Below are positions 13,879 to 25,222 of a stretch of DNA of 64,000 nt, piece by piece. Source of the stretch: Octopus sinensis. Its lineage: Eukaryota. How positions within the stretch are numbered: the stretch's first letter is position 1; each line of letters opens with the position of its first letter. The DNA is taken from assembly GCF_006345805.1 (NCBI RefSeq), contig NC_043012.1, positions 36,270,001-36,334,000 of the forward strand, in the 5' to 3' direction. Below the pieces are notes generated by a model. The model saw only the letters and a program-made list of their open reading frames with translations. It made no database searches and had not been told where the DNA came from. The position numbers and the translations under genes were made by a program.

Positions 13879-13891
13879 GTTGCTTAGCAAC
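13879..13891. promoter_or_regulatory. RFX X-box, candidate CFAP61 promoter element
   Basis: GTTGCTTAGCAAC fits GTNRC(C/T)-N0-3-RGYAAC and lies inside a perfect 9-bp-arm palindrome (13876-13894). RFX control of ciliary genes is established. Confidence 0.7.
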
Positions 13892-13899
13892 AAAGGTTT

Positions 13900-14104
13900 A
13901 ATGACACTTTGATATTTCGTTTCCATTCATTTGTGAAACGATTGAAACAGTTTAATTTCTCTGATAATATTTGTCTTTAGAGTTTGTCTTTTCTTCCGCT
14001 ATATCCCGTCACAGTCCGTTCTGTACCGTTTTTAATTCGTTACGTTCCGTTACACTCCGCTAGCAACTAGTAATATTCGTAAACAATATTTTATTTTATA
14101 TCAG
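13900..14104 (+). other. CFAP61: Probable non-coding first exon of CFAP61 (5' boundary uncertain)
   Basis: The ATG-containing exon has an acceptor at 19787/19788, so an upstream exon is required. There is a strong donor CAG|GTAAGA at 14104/14105, in CpG-enriched sequence just downstream of the X-box. Confidence 0.5.
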
Positions 14105-14374
14105 GTAAGAATATTTTCAAATATTTGCAGATTTTTTCTCTCCATGTATTTTGTGTTAAATTCTCTGCGAGGTTTCTAACAGAACTTCTCCAGCGTTTTC
14201 ATATAAAGTCGAATGTACAACCTTCTGATTAAGTTCTCTTCGCAGACATGTGCTTCCTGTCGGGTTTGATCCGAATGGGTGGACCCTTGAGCAAGTGTAT
14301 CACCACAAATTACGTACAAAATTTAGATGGCGAAAACTATGTGAAAGCCCATTGTGTGAGCGTGTATAATACAC

Positions 14375-14532
14375 ACAACCCAGACCTTGCTGAGACCAGA
14401 TAGCAATTTGGTTTCCAAGTCAACAAGGCAGCTAATCCTAATGGAATTAACTGTGTTCTGGGAGAATGCGCAAGAAAGGAAGAGAGCTAAGTACCAAAAG
14501 TTGTTGAAGGACTGCCGAAAGAATGGTTTGCG
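14375..14532 (+). mobile_element. Fragment of a restriction-like-endonuclease (R2/NeSL/HERO-type) non-LTR retrotransposon
   Basis: Translates LRPDSNLVSKSTRQLILMELTVFWENAQERKRAKYQKLLKDCRKNG, matching the REL motif RPD...ELTVxWE...ERKxxKY. Confidence 0.7.
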
Positions 14533-15619
14533 TTATGTAAGACTCTCAGAAAAAACTTTAAAGAGATTGATTAAAGTAAATTTCATAGATTTCAAAACAA
14601 GAATTCACCTCGGTTACTTCCTTTGATTATAAATTTTGTCTGTCTTTCTTCTCTCTCACATACAATGCTGTTAATGAAGAATTGGTGATTATGGGAGAAA
14701 ATTTGTCACTTCCAGAATATCTTACCTGTTTGTAAACAATCCAAATTTCGGCGGGGAGTTAAGCGTTTCACAAGTTCTGTGCTTGTTTGCAAGGAACACC
14801 TTCCTTCGTGGCTGCCTGCCAATCCCTTTCTTCCTCGGGGTCCCTGCGTGTAAACGTGAGGGTTTTGTATTCATCAGTGATCATTAATAACACAACTCAA
14901 ATAAGTGGCACGACACTAAAATGACGAATAATAAAGAAAGATTTCAATATACGACTTGGTACTTAATGCAATTATCCCAGTTTCATAAGGCTATAACTTT
15001 GCGTAAGATGTGTGGAACCCTGGGCTTTATTGAAATGGGCAAAAGACCCATCACGAATAATATAGAGGATGGTGAGAAGAAAACATCGTGATGGCTCTGA
15101 CTGATAAAGGACGGTCGATAGGTCAGTGAAATGCCGCTTGGACAGAGGCCCAGCTTTAATCCGCTTTGGTTGGGTCGCCAGAATGAGGATTTATGTTGCA
15201 AGTCCAGAATACAACATTGACGATATGCCCGAGGATTGTGACTGTGGAAGTGTGTTGAGCGCACTAAGGCTGCCCAGTGGGATACCAAATACATTTATTA
15301 AAATTTTGCAAGCTTACCACCAAAGAGACACTACTTTCTATCTTCCTCTCTGTCAAACACTTAATGCCCGACTCCGAAACATTAAATTCTTCATTAGACA
15401 CAACAATCGAATGCCTCAACCCTTCATATTAACTAATTCTTACTGACAAAAACCATTTACCAGATTCTTAGGATTCCAAATTCTACCTTAACAAAAGTGA
15501 CCGCTCCTTACTGATTTTCCCACCCGTTTTCATTTGTTTTTGCTTTTTAATGTGTCAGAAATTTGTAATATTTTGTAAATTGTACATTTTTAACCACCGT
15601 GGTGTTTGTTTGTTTTTGA

Positions 15620-15702
15620 GCGAAGGTAAAGAATACGCACACACGATGTTTAGGGTTAGGGTTACACCGAAAACGGGTGGTGTGCGTATTCTTTACCTCC
15701 GC
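15620..15702. repeat. Short inverted repeat with internal TTAGGG x2
   Basis: Perfect 19-bp arms aggtaaagaatacgcacac (15624-15642) / gtgtgcgtattctttacct (15680-15698). Confidence 0.85.
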
Positions 15703-16058
15703 CTATTTATGGTGTAAAAAAATATTGTTTTTATCTGAAAGACTGATTCTCGTGTAAAATATTGGAGGAAATATTCAGAAGAATTTGAGGTGAAAGACAT
15801 TGAGTTGGGGAGGCGACGAAAGGCCTTTGACCAATTCTAAGGGAACGATTAAATAACCGATTCTTTAATTGATTATTCACAATTGTTTCAAAGTTCCTTT
15901 TTCTCTCATTTCCTTCTGGAAAGAAGGAAAGAAAACGGTTATATTTTTCTTTTCTTCCCAACACACAATGACAGGACATTGTTTTATCGGTCCCCCATTA
16001 CGTGTCCTCATAGATTCATTTGGTCGTGTGACACAACGTGACATCCATTCTTTCCTGC

Positions 16059-16440
16059 AGGAGTGGCTGTGTGGTAAGTAGCTTGCTTACCAACCACATG
16101 GTTCCCGGTTCAGTCCCACTGCGTGGCACCCTGGGCAAGTGTCTTCTACTATAGTCTCGGACCGACCAAAGGCTTGTGAGTGGATTTGGTAGACGGAAAC
16201 TGAAAGAAGCCCATCGTGTATATGTATATATATATATATATTATGTGTGTGTGTATTTGTGTATGTCTGTGTTTGTCCACCCCCACCCCCAACATCGCTT
16301 GACAACCGATGCTGGTATGTTTACGTAACTTAGCAGTTCGGCAAAAAGGAAACCGATAGAATAAGTACGAGGCTTGCAAAGAATAAGACCTGTGGTCGAT
16401 TTGCTCGACTAAAAGCAGTCAAAGAGTAAAAGAATGAAAG
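16059..16440 (+). mobile_element. tRNA-derived SINE, family A (head ggagtggctgtgtggtaag...ggttcagtccc). Other copies: ~12313-12665(-), 18593-19046(-), 24420-24790(-), 58875-59090(+), 59192-59597(-), plus partial copies
   Basis: A/B-box-like head, internal (TA)n/(CA)n tract, and many highly similar dispersed copies in the window. Confidence 0.85.
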
Positions 16441-16818
16441 AATATATATGTATATATACGTACGTATTTAAGTTCGAACGTACTTACGTGGGTGCGTACG
16501 TACCTACGTGTGTAGACACAAACTTCAAATCTGTGACGTGTTTTAACTTCTAAATGCAATTTCACTCTAGTTTACCTTGAACAAAAAATTCTCGCTTAAG
16601 GTAAGAGTTGTAAATACACCGTTAATCAGCTCGGCAGCACCCTCTGCTCCACCCATTGATGCATTTCTGGGTCTTAATGCTGTCTTCAGTTGGAGATAGG
16701 AAATAGAAATTACCCTGAGCTGATTAGAAAGCGAGAATTTTATAAGGAATCCGAGTGACTGATTTGTGGTCCTACACGACCCAGTCTAAATAGATGCATT
16801 AAATATTGGTGCGAAGCG

Positions 16819-17854
16819 GAGTTTGAGACCCGTTAACGAAAACAAAAACCAGTCTACTAGGTGTAAAAAAAAATGTGTAGAAAAGGAATATGAACAAAAA
16901 AACGAACGCGGAGGGGGTGGGGAACTTTCGGAAAATTCACAAGATCCGGTTTGATATATAACAATGAAATTTTATAGAAATGGCACAAATTACGATTATA
17001 AAGAAATCTGTGGGGGAAATATTTTCCGAATGGGTGGGGAGAGGATTGTCACAAGTTCACAGGATCCGTTTTTTCCCTCATAACTTTCAGGGTCTAGTTT
17101 AGCGCCCATTCATCAAAACGAAAAAAAAAACAATCTAATAGGTGTAAAAAAAAATGTATAGAAAACGAATATGAAAAAAAAAATTTGCAGAAGAACGTGG
17201 AAAGCAGACAAATTATACCTTTCCTTCTTGAATCGTTGCCGACAACTAATTACCAACCAAAACGATGGTATGTACATGTAGGTTTGCGCTAATTTTTGCT
17301 TTCATATTCGTTTTCTACACGTTTTTTTTTACACCTATTAGACTGGGGGGGGGTTTTTTCGTTTTAGTGAGTAGGCGCTAAACTAGATCCTGAAAGTTAT
17401 GAGGGGAAAAACGGATCGTGTGAACTTTCCGACAGTCCTCTCCCCAGCCCTTCGGAAAAACATTTTCCCCACAAATTTCTTTATAATCGTAATTTATGTT
17501 GTTTGAAGGGTGTTCTGTAAAATTTCATCACTATATATCAATTTTCATTAAAGTCATGAGGAAAAAAAACTGGATCGTGTGAATTTTCCAACAGTCCTCT
17601 CCCCACACCTTCGGAAAAACATTTTCCCCACAAATTTCTTTATAATCGTAATTTGTGCCGTTTGAACGGTATTTCTATAAAAATTTCGCTAATATATATC
17701 CATTTTGCTGAAAGTTATGAGGGGGAAATCGGATCTTGGGAATTTTCCGAATGTTCTCTCCCCACCCTCACCCCGTTCGTTTGCGCAATTTTTTTTCAAT
17801 ATTCGTTTTCTACACATTTTTTACACCTAGTTTACGTTAAGGGGTCTCAAACTC
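16819..17854. mobile_element. Foldback-like element: long modular inverted arms around a ~100-bp spacer (~17181-17281)
   Basis: Ends gagtttgagaccc.ttaacg / cgttaa.gggtctcaaactc. The arms carry matching sub-repeats (ggatc..tgaa.tttcc..cagtcctctcccca; taggtgtaaaaaaaatgt.tagaaaa.gaatat). Confidence 0.75.
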
Positions 17855-18814
17855 TGTGCGTGTATTGATGTTCCTGTAACTTAATGGTTTGACAAATGGT
17901 GACTGATAAAGTACCAGGTTTTTAAAAACATAACTGCTGGAGGAAATTTGGCAAAAAAGTACTCCAGCATGGCCACAGTCCAAAGCCTGACCCAAGTAAA
18001 AGATGAGTGTGTGTGTCTTCTCAGCTCTGGCTGGTGCTTTTAAAACCATACTTGCTGCGCAGCCGCCGTCTTAATAACACCAAAACAACCAAAGATGTCG
18101 CCATTCCTAAATATCTTCCTCACTTCCTCCTCTTCGTCTCCATTCAATTTCCAATTCACTTCGATCATTTCTGAGTTGCCTCCCTTGCCTTTATAAACTA
18201 GAATTTAACAATAATCGCCCGTATTTTCTCTTTGTAATATTAATTAATGAAACAAATTTGTCGCTGATTACATCACCTACGTCGGCTAACGTTTAATTAC
18301 AATATGTTTTTATGTAAATTAATTATATAAACCTGCCGTATTATTGAGACTCCTCAATAATTCGATCAGTCTCTTTTGCTTCCCTTATTAAAACTTGGGA
18401 TTATCACCCTGGATTGCCATTGCTTTGGTGCCTTTCCAGAAGCCCAAGCCATTGGAATCAATCAGAGAATCTCTTCTCTATTTAACACTTTTAACCATCT
18501 CAGGCTCAATTCTACCTTCCCCCAGCAGCCTCGCCACATTTCATTGCCTCGGTGAGGCTAGTTTTTACCCCTTGAGGCTCCTTGTGTCTACCCTCTTTTA
18601 CTCTTTTACTTGTTTCAGTTATTTGACTGCGGCCATGCTGGAGCACCGCCTTTAGTCGAGCAAATCGACCCCGCGACTTATTCTTTGTATGCCCAGTACT
18701 TATTCTATCTGTCTCTTTTGCCAAACCGCTAAGTGACGGGGACGTAAACACACCAGCATCAGTTGTCAAGCAATGCTAGGGGGACAAACACAGACACACA
18801 AACATATACATACG

Positions 18815-18889
<75 letters not shown>

Positions 18890-19819
18890 GACAGGCTTCT
18901 TTCAGTTTCCGTCTACCAAATCCACTCACAAGGCATTGGTCGGCCCGAGGCTATAGCAGAAGACACTTGCCCAAGATGCCACGCAGTGGGACTGAACCCA
19001 GAACCATGTGGTTGGTAGGCAAGCTACTTACCACACAGCCACTCCTGCCAAAAGTTTTTATTTAAGAGATCAACCAATTAGTCTCTCTCTCTCTCTCTCT
19101 CTCTCCACCTTCCAAGGATGGTCTTGTCTGGAGAGAGAAGAACTCCAGTTGAGTTCTTAATGGCAGGTGTGGCAGAGGGCTTCTTCTTGTGAAGTTGACA
19201 GATGGTCTGCCAGAATGCCTTGTTGGTCAGTCTAAAGCTAGAGTCCAGCTGAACCTCAAGATCTTCCCATGGCTCAACTCCAGATGTTTTTCCTGTCTCT
19301 GCTGCAGCTTCTCATGCTTCAATGTGCAATTGAGGGCAACTGTGAATATAAGTGGCCAAAGTAGGGTTCCCATGAAGAATCTCTGCAATAACATTATTCA
19401 ACAGGTTGTGTTGGTTGGAGATCAGGGAGTGTGTGCCCCGGGGTCAAGTCATTGCTTCCCTGCATTGAGAGGCTACAGATCCATTACTGCTGCTGACATG
19501 TGATTAGAATGTGACAGGAAAGGGTCAGCAGATGCTTTCTTCAAGCCAAGCCAACCAACAGGGTTTTCTAGGGGTAGACTGAGATGAGTTGGTTGGCTAA
19601 TACCCAGGGTGTCAGTTGGTCACAGCTGGGGATCCAGTAGGAAAGTCCAATGATGGATGCTTCCGGTAGGAGGAAGAGGTGCTAGAGGACTCTACTCCAA
19701 TAATCTTCACAGGAATAGTGGGAGGTGAAGAAGATGGGTGGACGGATGGAATGAATTCTAATTAATTATAAATGTCTTTAGTTTCAGGAGAACTCCCTTT
19801 GTTGATTTGGTGATCCGAC

Positions 19820-19965
19820 ATGTCTAAAACAATCTTGTCACCAAACGGTGAATCGAAAGTGATAACAGTTCGACGTACAGAATCTATTGATATCCCAAAC
19901 ATCTTCAAACTTATTGATCAGAATACAGAGAAATATTTTGGGAAACTCAATGTTTTTAATTTCAT
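19820..19965 (+). CDS. CFAP61: CFAP61 coding exon 1 (exon starts 19788)
   Basis: [48 protein letters not shown]; AT|gtaag. Confidence 0.92.
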
Positions 19966-20739
19966 GTAAGAAGTTCCTGTTTTTTTTTATTATATTTAGC
20001 TTTGTGTGTGTGTGTGTGTGTGTGTGTGCATGCATGTGTGTGTGTGTTTCTTTCTCTCTTTGCCTAAAATTATGTCTACTTTGCTTTTATTTTCAACCTT
20101 TTTTCTTTCCATTTGCTTTGTAGAGAGAAAGCTGTTTTTTCCATCTGTTTGGTTGACGAAGATGACGAGATATATGGACATGCAACATTTTTTGATTTCC
20201 CTAATATTGACGGCGTGGACCCAGCCAGCTGGGAAGACTGGTTGTCTGCGGCGTCCGAATCAAGTTACACACCATTGAACACTCTCTTTATCGGTCTTTT
20301 TGCATCGAAAAAGGAATACATGAGAGGCTGCATGCGTGAAATCTTACACACAATGTTTATAGCTGTGCCTGATGTCCATTACTGCTTTCTGGTCCTGCCA
20401 GAAAATGTCTCCCTTGGTGAGTGTCACTGGCCATCATCCATTTGTTTTGTCCCTTTCCTTTGCTCCTGGACTGCTTAGGGCTTTTTCTGTCCTTCATTAA
20501 ACTAAACCATGCTACATGTTAGAGCCATGAAGGAAGACAAGACTTGTTACTACTGTTTGCCAGTGAGTTCCGAGTCTGTGGAGTAGTGATGTCTCACTTT
20601 CCCAGTGGCTTCACTCACCGCCTCCAACAATGATGCACATTGAAGAGAAGGTGAATGGGGCCAAAATGAAACTTAATTATATTGACTAAGGTAATAGTGA
20701 TGATGATGGCGGCGGTGTGGTGATGGTGGTGGTGGAGGT

Positions 20740-20770
<31 letters not shown>

Positions 20771-23700
20771 ATGGTTGTCATGCTGATGATGGCGGTGCTG
20801 CTGATGGTGATGATGATGATAGATCTCATGATAATGAGGAGGGGGAAGTAGACAGTGTTGATGATGAGGAGGAGGAGGAAGAGGAATGGGATGCAGAGGA
20901 GGAAGAGTAGGATGGTTTGGATGATGATGAAGAGGAGGAGAACAAGGAACATGTTGATGATGGTGGTGATGTGATGTGCTACTAATCAATTTCAACTAAT
21001 TAAACTCTGTGATTAATTGTTACCATTATCATCTGTTAATTATAGATAATTCTTTTGTGAACATCTTCAGGAACATTGCTCAACTCCAGCAATCGGTCGG
21101 AGACAAATACTTCTCCATCTTCTTGAGTGAACGCTACATGTTTGAACCCATGTTGCACATAAGGAATGCCAGGTAATACTTGTTGCTGTTGTGATATTTG
21201 TGGTGGTGGTGGTGGTGGTGGTATGGATGGTGGTGGTGGTCTTTTTGTTGCTGTTCTGGTGGTAGTAGTGATTGTTGTTGTTGTTGCTGAGCAGGGAAAG
21301 GCAGCTTCTTCATGACCTTCATGTGTTTTGTTTTGCTTTTTTTGTTTTTAACCAAAGGGCAGCCCCAGTCCAACTGAGTAGTCTAGCCATGACCATCCTG
21401 TCTGGTCTCAGATAGTCATTATCCTCAATATGGCTTTCCTTTATTTTTTCAGGTTCTGAGTTCAAATTCTTCCAGGGTCAGTCTTGCCTTTCATCATCTT
21501 TTCGGGGTTGATAAAATAAGTACCAGTGGTGTACTGGGGTCAACGTAATCCACTAACCCCATCTCCCTAAACTTGTTTGCCTTTTAGCAAAATTTGAAAC
21601 CGATATGCCTTTCCTTTTTAATGATGATTAGGAGAGAGGGATGTGATTTGAGCAAGATTTGGCTGTTATTTCTAGCAGCTTGTGCTCCTCTGTTGACCTG
21701 CCATAAATTTTGCAAAAGTTATTTGGTCATGAATGGAGGTCCAGTGGAAAATATCTGCATGTGGCTGTGTGTATGCGTGTGTGCATGCATGTGTGTGTGT
21801 GTGTGTGTGTGTGTGCCAGTGTGCATCTTTTGTGAATGTGTGTTTGTGTGTATGCTTGTGTGTGTATGTGTGCATGTATGTGTCTATGTGACTGTGAGCA
21901 CATGTGGCCATGTGTGTGTGTGTGAATGTGTTAGTGGATATGTTTGTGTGTGTGTGAAAATAATATTCTTCCCCTACCTTTCAACATGACCCCCATCACT
22001 ACCACCAGGAAACACAATCCAAAAACAAAAGTATGGGGTGCATATAAAAACTAAGGGCCATTCCTTATTTTTCAGGGTAGAAGACACAGATGAGCTGACA
22101 CCCCTCTTTGACTCCCTAAACAACACCCTACAGGCTGTTTATGGGGATTATTATTTGGCTGAGCTGATTGAGTCCCAGAATGATGAGATGCAATGCATTG
22201 TGGCTGAGGTAAGTGGTTTTCTCTTTGTAATAATAATAATAATAATAATAATACTCCTTTCTACTACAGCAGGGCTTCCCAAACTTTTTCAGGCTGCCAC
22301 CCACTTGGCACTCCGGCCATATTCCTGGCACCACCAACCTCTACTCGCCACCAGAAACATAGACTTTCGAAACAATTGCAATTCACAAATAAAACTTGGC
22401 CTAATTAACCCTTTATTCTGTTGTTCTTACATCCATTGCCCCCTTTTGGCCACCACATTATCACCCCCACTTTCCTTCAGAGCCCCTCTCTAGATCTTTC
22501 CAAGGCCCTCCGGGAGGCAGTGCCACCCACTTTGGGAACCACTGTACTATAGGCATAAGGTCTGAAATTCTGTGGGAGGGGATAAGTCAATTACATAGAC
22601 CCCAGTGTTCAACTTGTACTTATTTTAACAATTCTGAAAGGACGAAAGGCAAAGCAGGTCAACAGAGGAGCACAAGCTGCTAGAAATAACAGCCAAATCT
22701 TGCTCAAATCACATCCCTCTCTCCTAATCATCATTAAAAAGGAAAGGCATATTGGTTTCAAATTTTGCTAAAAGGCCAACAAGTTTAGGGAGATGGGGTT
22801 AGTGGATTACGTTGACCCCAGTACACCACTGGTACTTATTTTATCAACCCCGAAAAGGCAGATGAAATGCCACTAAGCATTTTGTCCCGTCCACTAACAA
22901 TTCTGCCAACTCAATGAACTTATTGTATATACAGTGCTCAGGTGCACCACAGCTCATCAGAAAAGGTAGCCAAACGTGCATGAACAGGACATAGAATAAT
23001 ACACAAGAAGAGAACGGTGAAGGAATCATTGAAAAGAAGAGATGAGGACATCAAGTGTTCTGTTGGCGAATTTCAGGAAGCATGGAATATTTAAAGGATG
23101 TAGTCTCGTGACAGCTAACAACTGATGCGAGTAGTTTATTCCATGCTTCAGCAATTCTGAACATGAAAAAATGTTTCTGAAAGTCATGGGTGCTGTGATG
23201 ATTTTTGATTCTATAAGCATGTCTGTAAATGTTTGTCATATGGAATTCAAAAAGGTGCCCAAGGTTGTTGTTGGAAAGATGATGGATAATCTTGTGGGTG
23301 TCTACCAAGTCAGTTGCCAAATGTCAATGTTTCAATGTGTCCATGTCCATGGAAGCAAGACATTCAGGGCATGGTAGATGCCTGATGGCAGATAGTGTCT
23401 GGTTGCACGTTTCTAAACAGTTTCCAGGAGATTGATTCGCAGAGCAAGACAAGGGTTCCAGATTAGTGATGCAAACTCCAAGTGTGGGTGTCCCATAGAT
23501 GTCATAAGGCTTACCAAAAGGTGTCGGTAGTGGAACAGGACTCATGGGGTCAGAGTTAAAACCTGTTCTCCTGCCTCATTTCATGTTTGTCAATTTGTTT
23601 TGTAATTTGTGTTGCCATCCGATTTTCCATTCGATTTCGTTGTAAAATTTTATATTTCATTTTGTATGTCTGGCCCCAAATCAGGCCATATTGTCCCCTC

Positions 23701-25167
23701 TATGTTGGCCCCGTGTGGGCAATAAAGAAACAAGTTGTAAATAGATAGTTGGAGAACAGTTGACAAAGGTCTTATTGAGTGATGCTAGGACACCCTTGGT
23801 CTTCTTGACAATTTTAGAAATGTAATGTGTCCAACACAAATCATTTAAACCGCCTCCTCGTCCTCCTCAACACTGATCCAGCCATTCCAGAAATGAGCTG
23901 AATGTTAAAGGGCATGTGTGGTCTTCCTTTAATTAAGGCAATAAGATGGGATTTCAGAGAGGCTTGACTTATTTCTAGCCGATCAAGTCATCTCATTGAG
24001 ACTGCCTTGTCGGAATCTGGTAGTGGTGGGGGAAGATGGAATGTAATCTCATAATGGTGGTGGTGGTGGTGGCAGTGGTGGTAGTGACAGTTGTGGGGGT
24101 GTCTTGCTGTTTTGTAACCCCAGGTCAGACCTAACTGAGTAAGCCTATGATGAAAGATATTCCAGCCATGACTTCTCCAATTGTCTTGAAAATCTATGAC
24201 TACATTGATCAATATTGTCTTCAGACAAGAAGATTTCATTTGAGGGAGATTCGGCTTCTATTTCCAGCAGATTGAGGTGACCTTGCAGGAGATTTCTTTG
24301 CTGGTTTGTTACAGGGAAAATAATAATCGTATTTAGGGGTGGGGAGAATAGCAGTGGGGCCAGTGATGTTGATAGTGGTGATGGTGATGATGAGAATATA
24401 TATATATATATATATTTTATTCTTTTACTTGTTTCAGTCATTTGACTGTGGCCATGCTAGAGCATAGCCTTTAATTGAGCAAATCAACCCCAGGACTTAT
24501 TCTTTGTAAGCCTAATACTTATTCTATCAGTTCTTTTGCCGAACTGCTGAGTTACAGGGATGTAAACACACCAACATCGGTTGTCAAGCGATAGTGGGGG
24601 GACAAACACAGATGCACAAATACACACATATACGAAGGGCTTCTTTCAGTTTCCATCTACCAAATCCACTCACAAGGCTTTGGTCAGCCCAAAGCTATAA
24701 TAGAAGACACTTGCCCAGCGTGCCATGCAGTGGGACTGAACCCGGAAACGTGGTTGGTAAGCAAGCTACTGACCGCCCAGTCACTCTTGTGCCTATATCC
24801 ATACATATAATGAACTTGTAGTATGCCATACACCAGGGATGAGGGTGTGAAAGTCATGTTGTTGTAATTTGTTGCTGTTGTTGTTGCCATTATGCCGTCT
24901 TCATTGTTCATTTGCTCCGTTACTGCATTCTCACACACACACTCTATCAGTGAACCCTGCCTTCTCATCCATTCTGATTTTAATTAAACCCACAGGTTAA
25001 TGATTACGCTGTCGGTTTAATGAGTATCAACAGCAACGTTGATGTGGAATTCTTGAATAACAGCTACGACCTGGAGGTGTTTCGTAGCCTGGAGCAGAAG
25101 AAAACTGGTTTTCCCAACCTCACTCAGAAAATAGCCTTTTCTACCGGTATTGGTATATTGGTATATT

Positions 25168-25222
<55 letters not shown>

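Noticed and set aside
15126-15446. 106-aa ORF with GIPNTFIKILQAYH
   Set aside because: Only faint resemblance to a LINE RT segment; no splice sites or other motifs to support a gene or TE call.
15650-15664. Telomere or interstitial telomeric array
   Set aside because: Only 2.5 TTAGGG units; reported only as part of the hairpin.
8700-19780. Head-to-head partner gene such as CRNKL1, recalled from the human CFAP61 locus
   Set aside because: No recognisable coding exons found on the minus strand in this interval.
20615-20995. His/Gln-rich minus-strand ORFs (similar cases at 21134, 31240, 37033, 45119)
   Set aside because: Translations of (GAT)/(GGT)/(CT) microsatellites.
21071-21172. Stronger-looking acceptor ttcAG at 21070 for CFAP61 exon 3
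   Set aside because: Out of phase with exon 2 (it would hit TGA); the acceptor at 21045 preserves the frame.
25108-25170. Multiple tandem donors at the end of CFAP61 exon 5 (25108, 25147, 25153, 25161, 25169)
   Set aside because: Cannot be resolved from sequence; arises from a short gtatattg duplication; noted only as boundary uncertainty.
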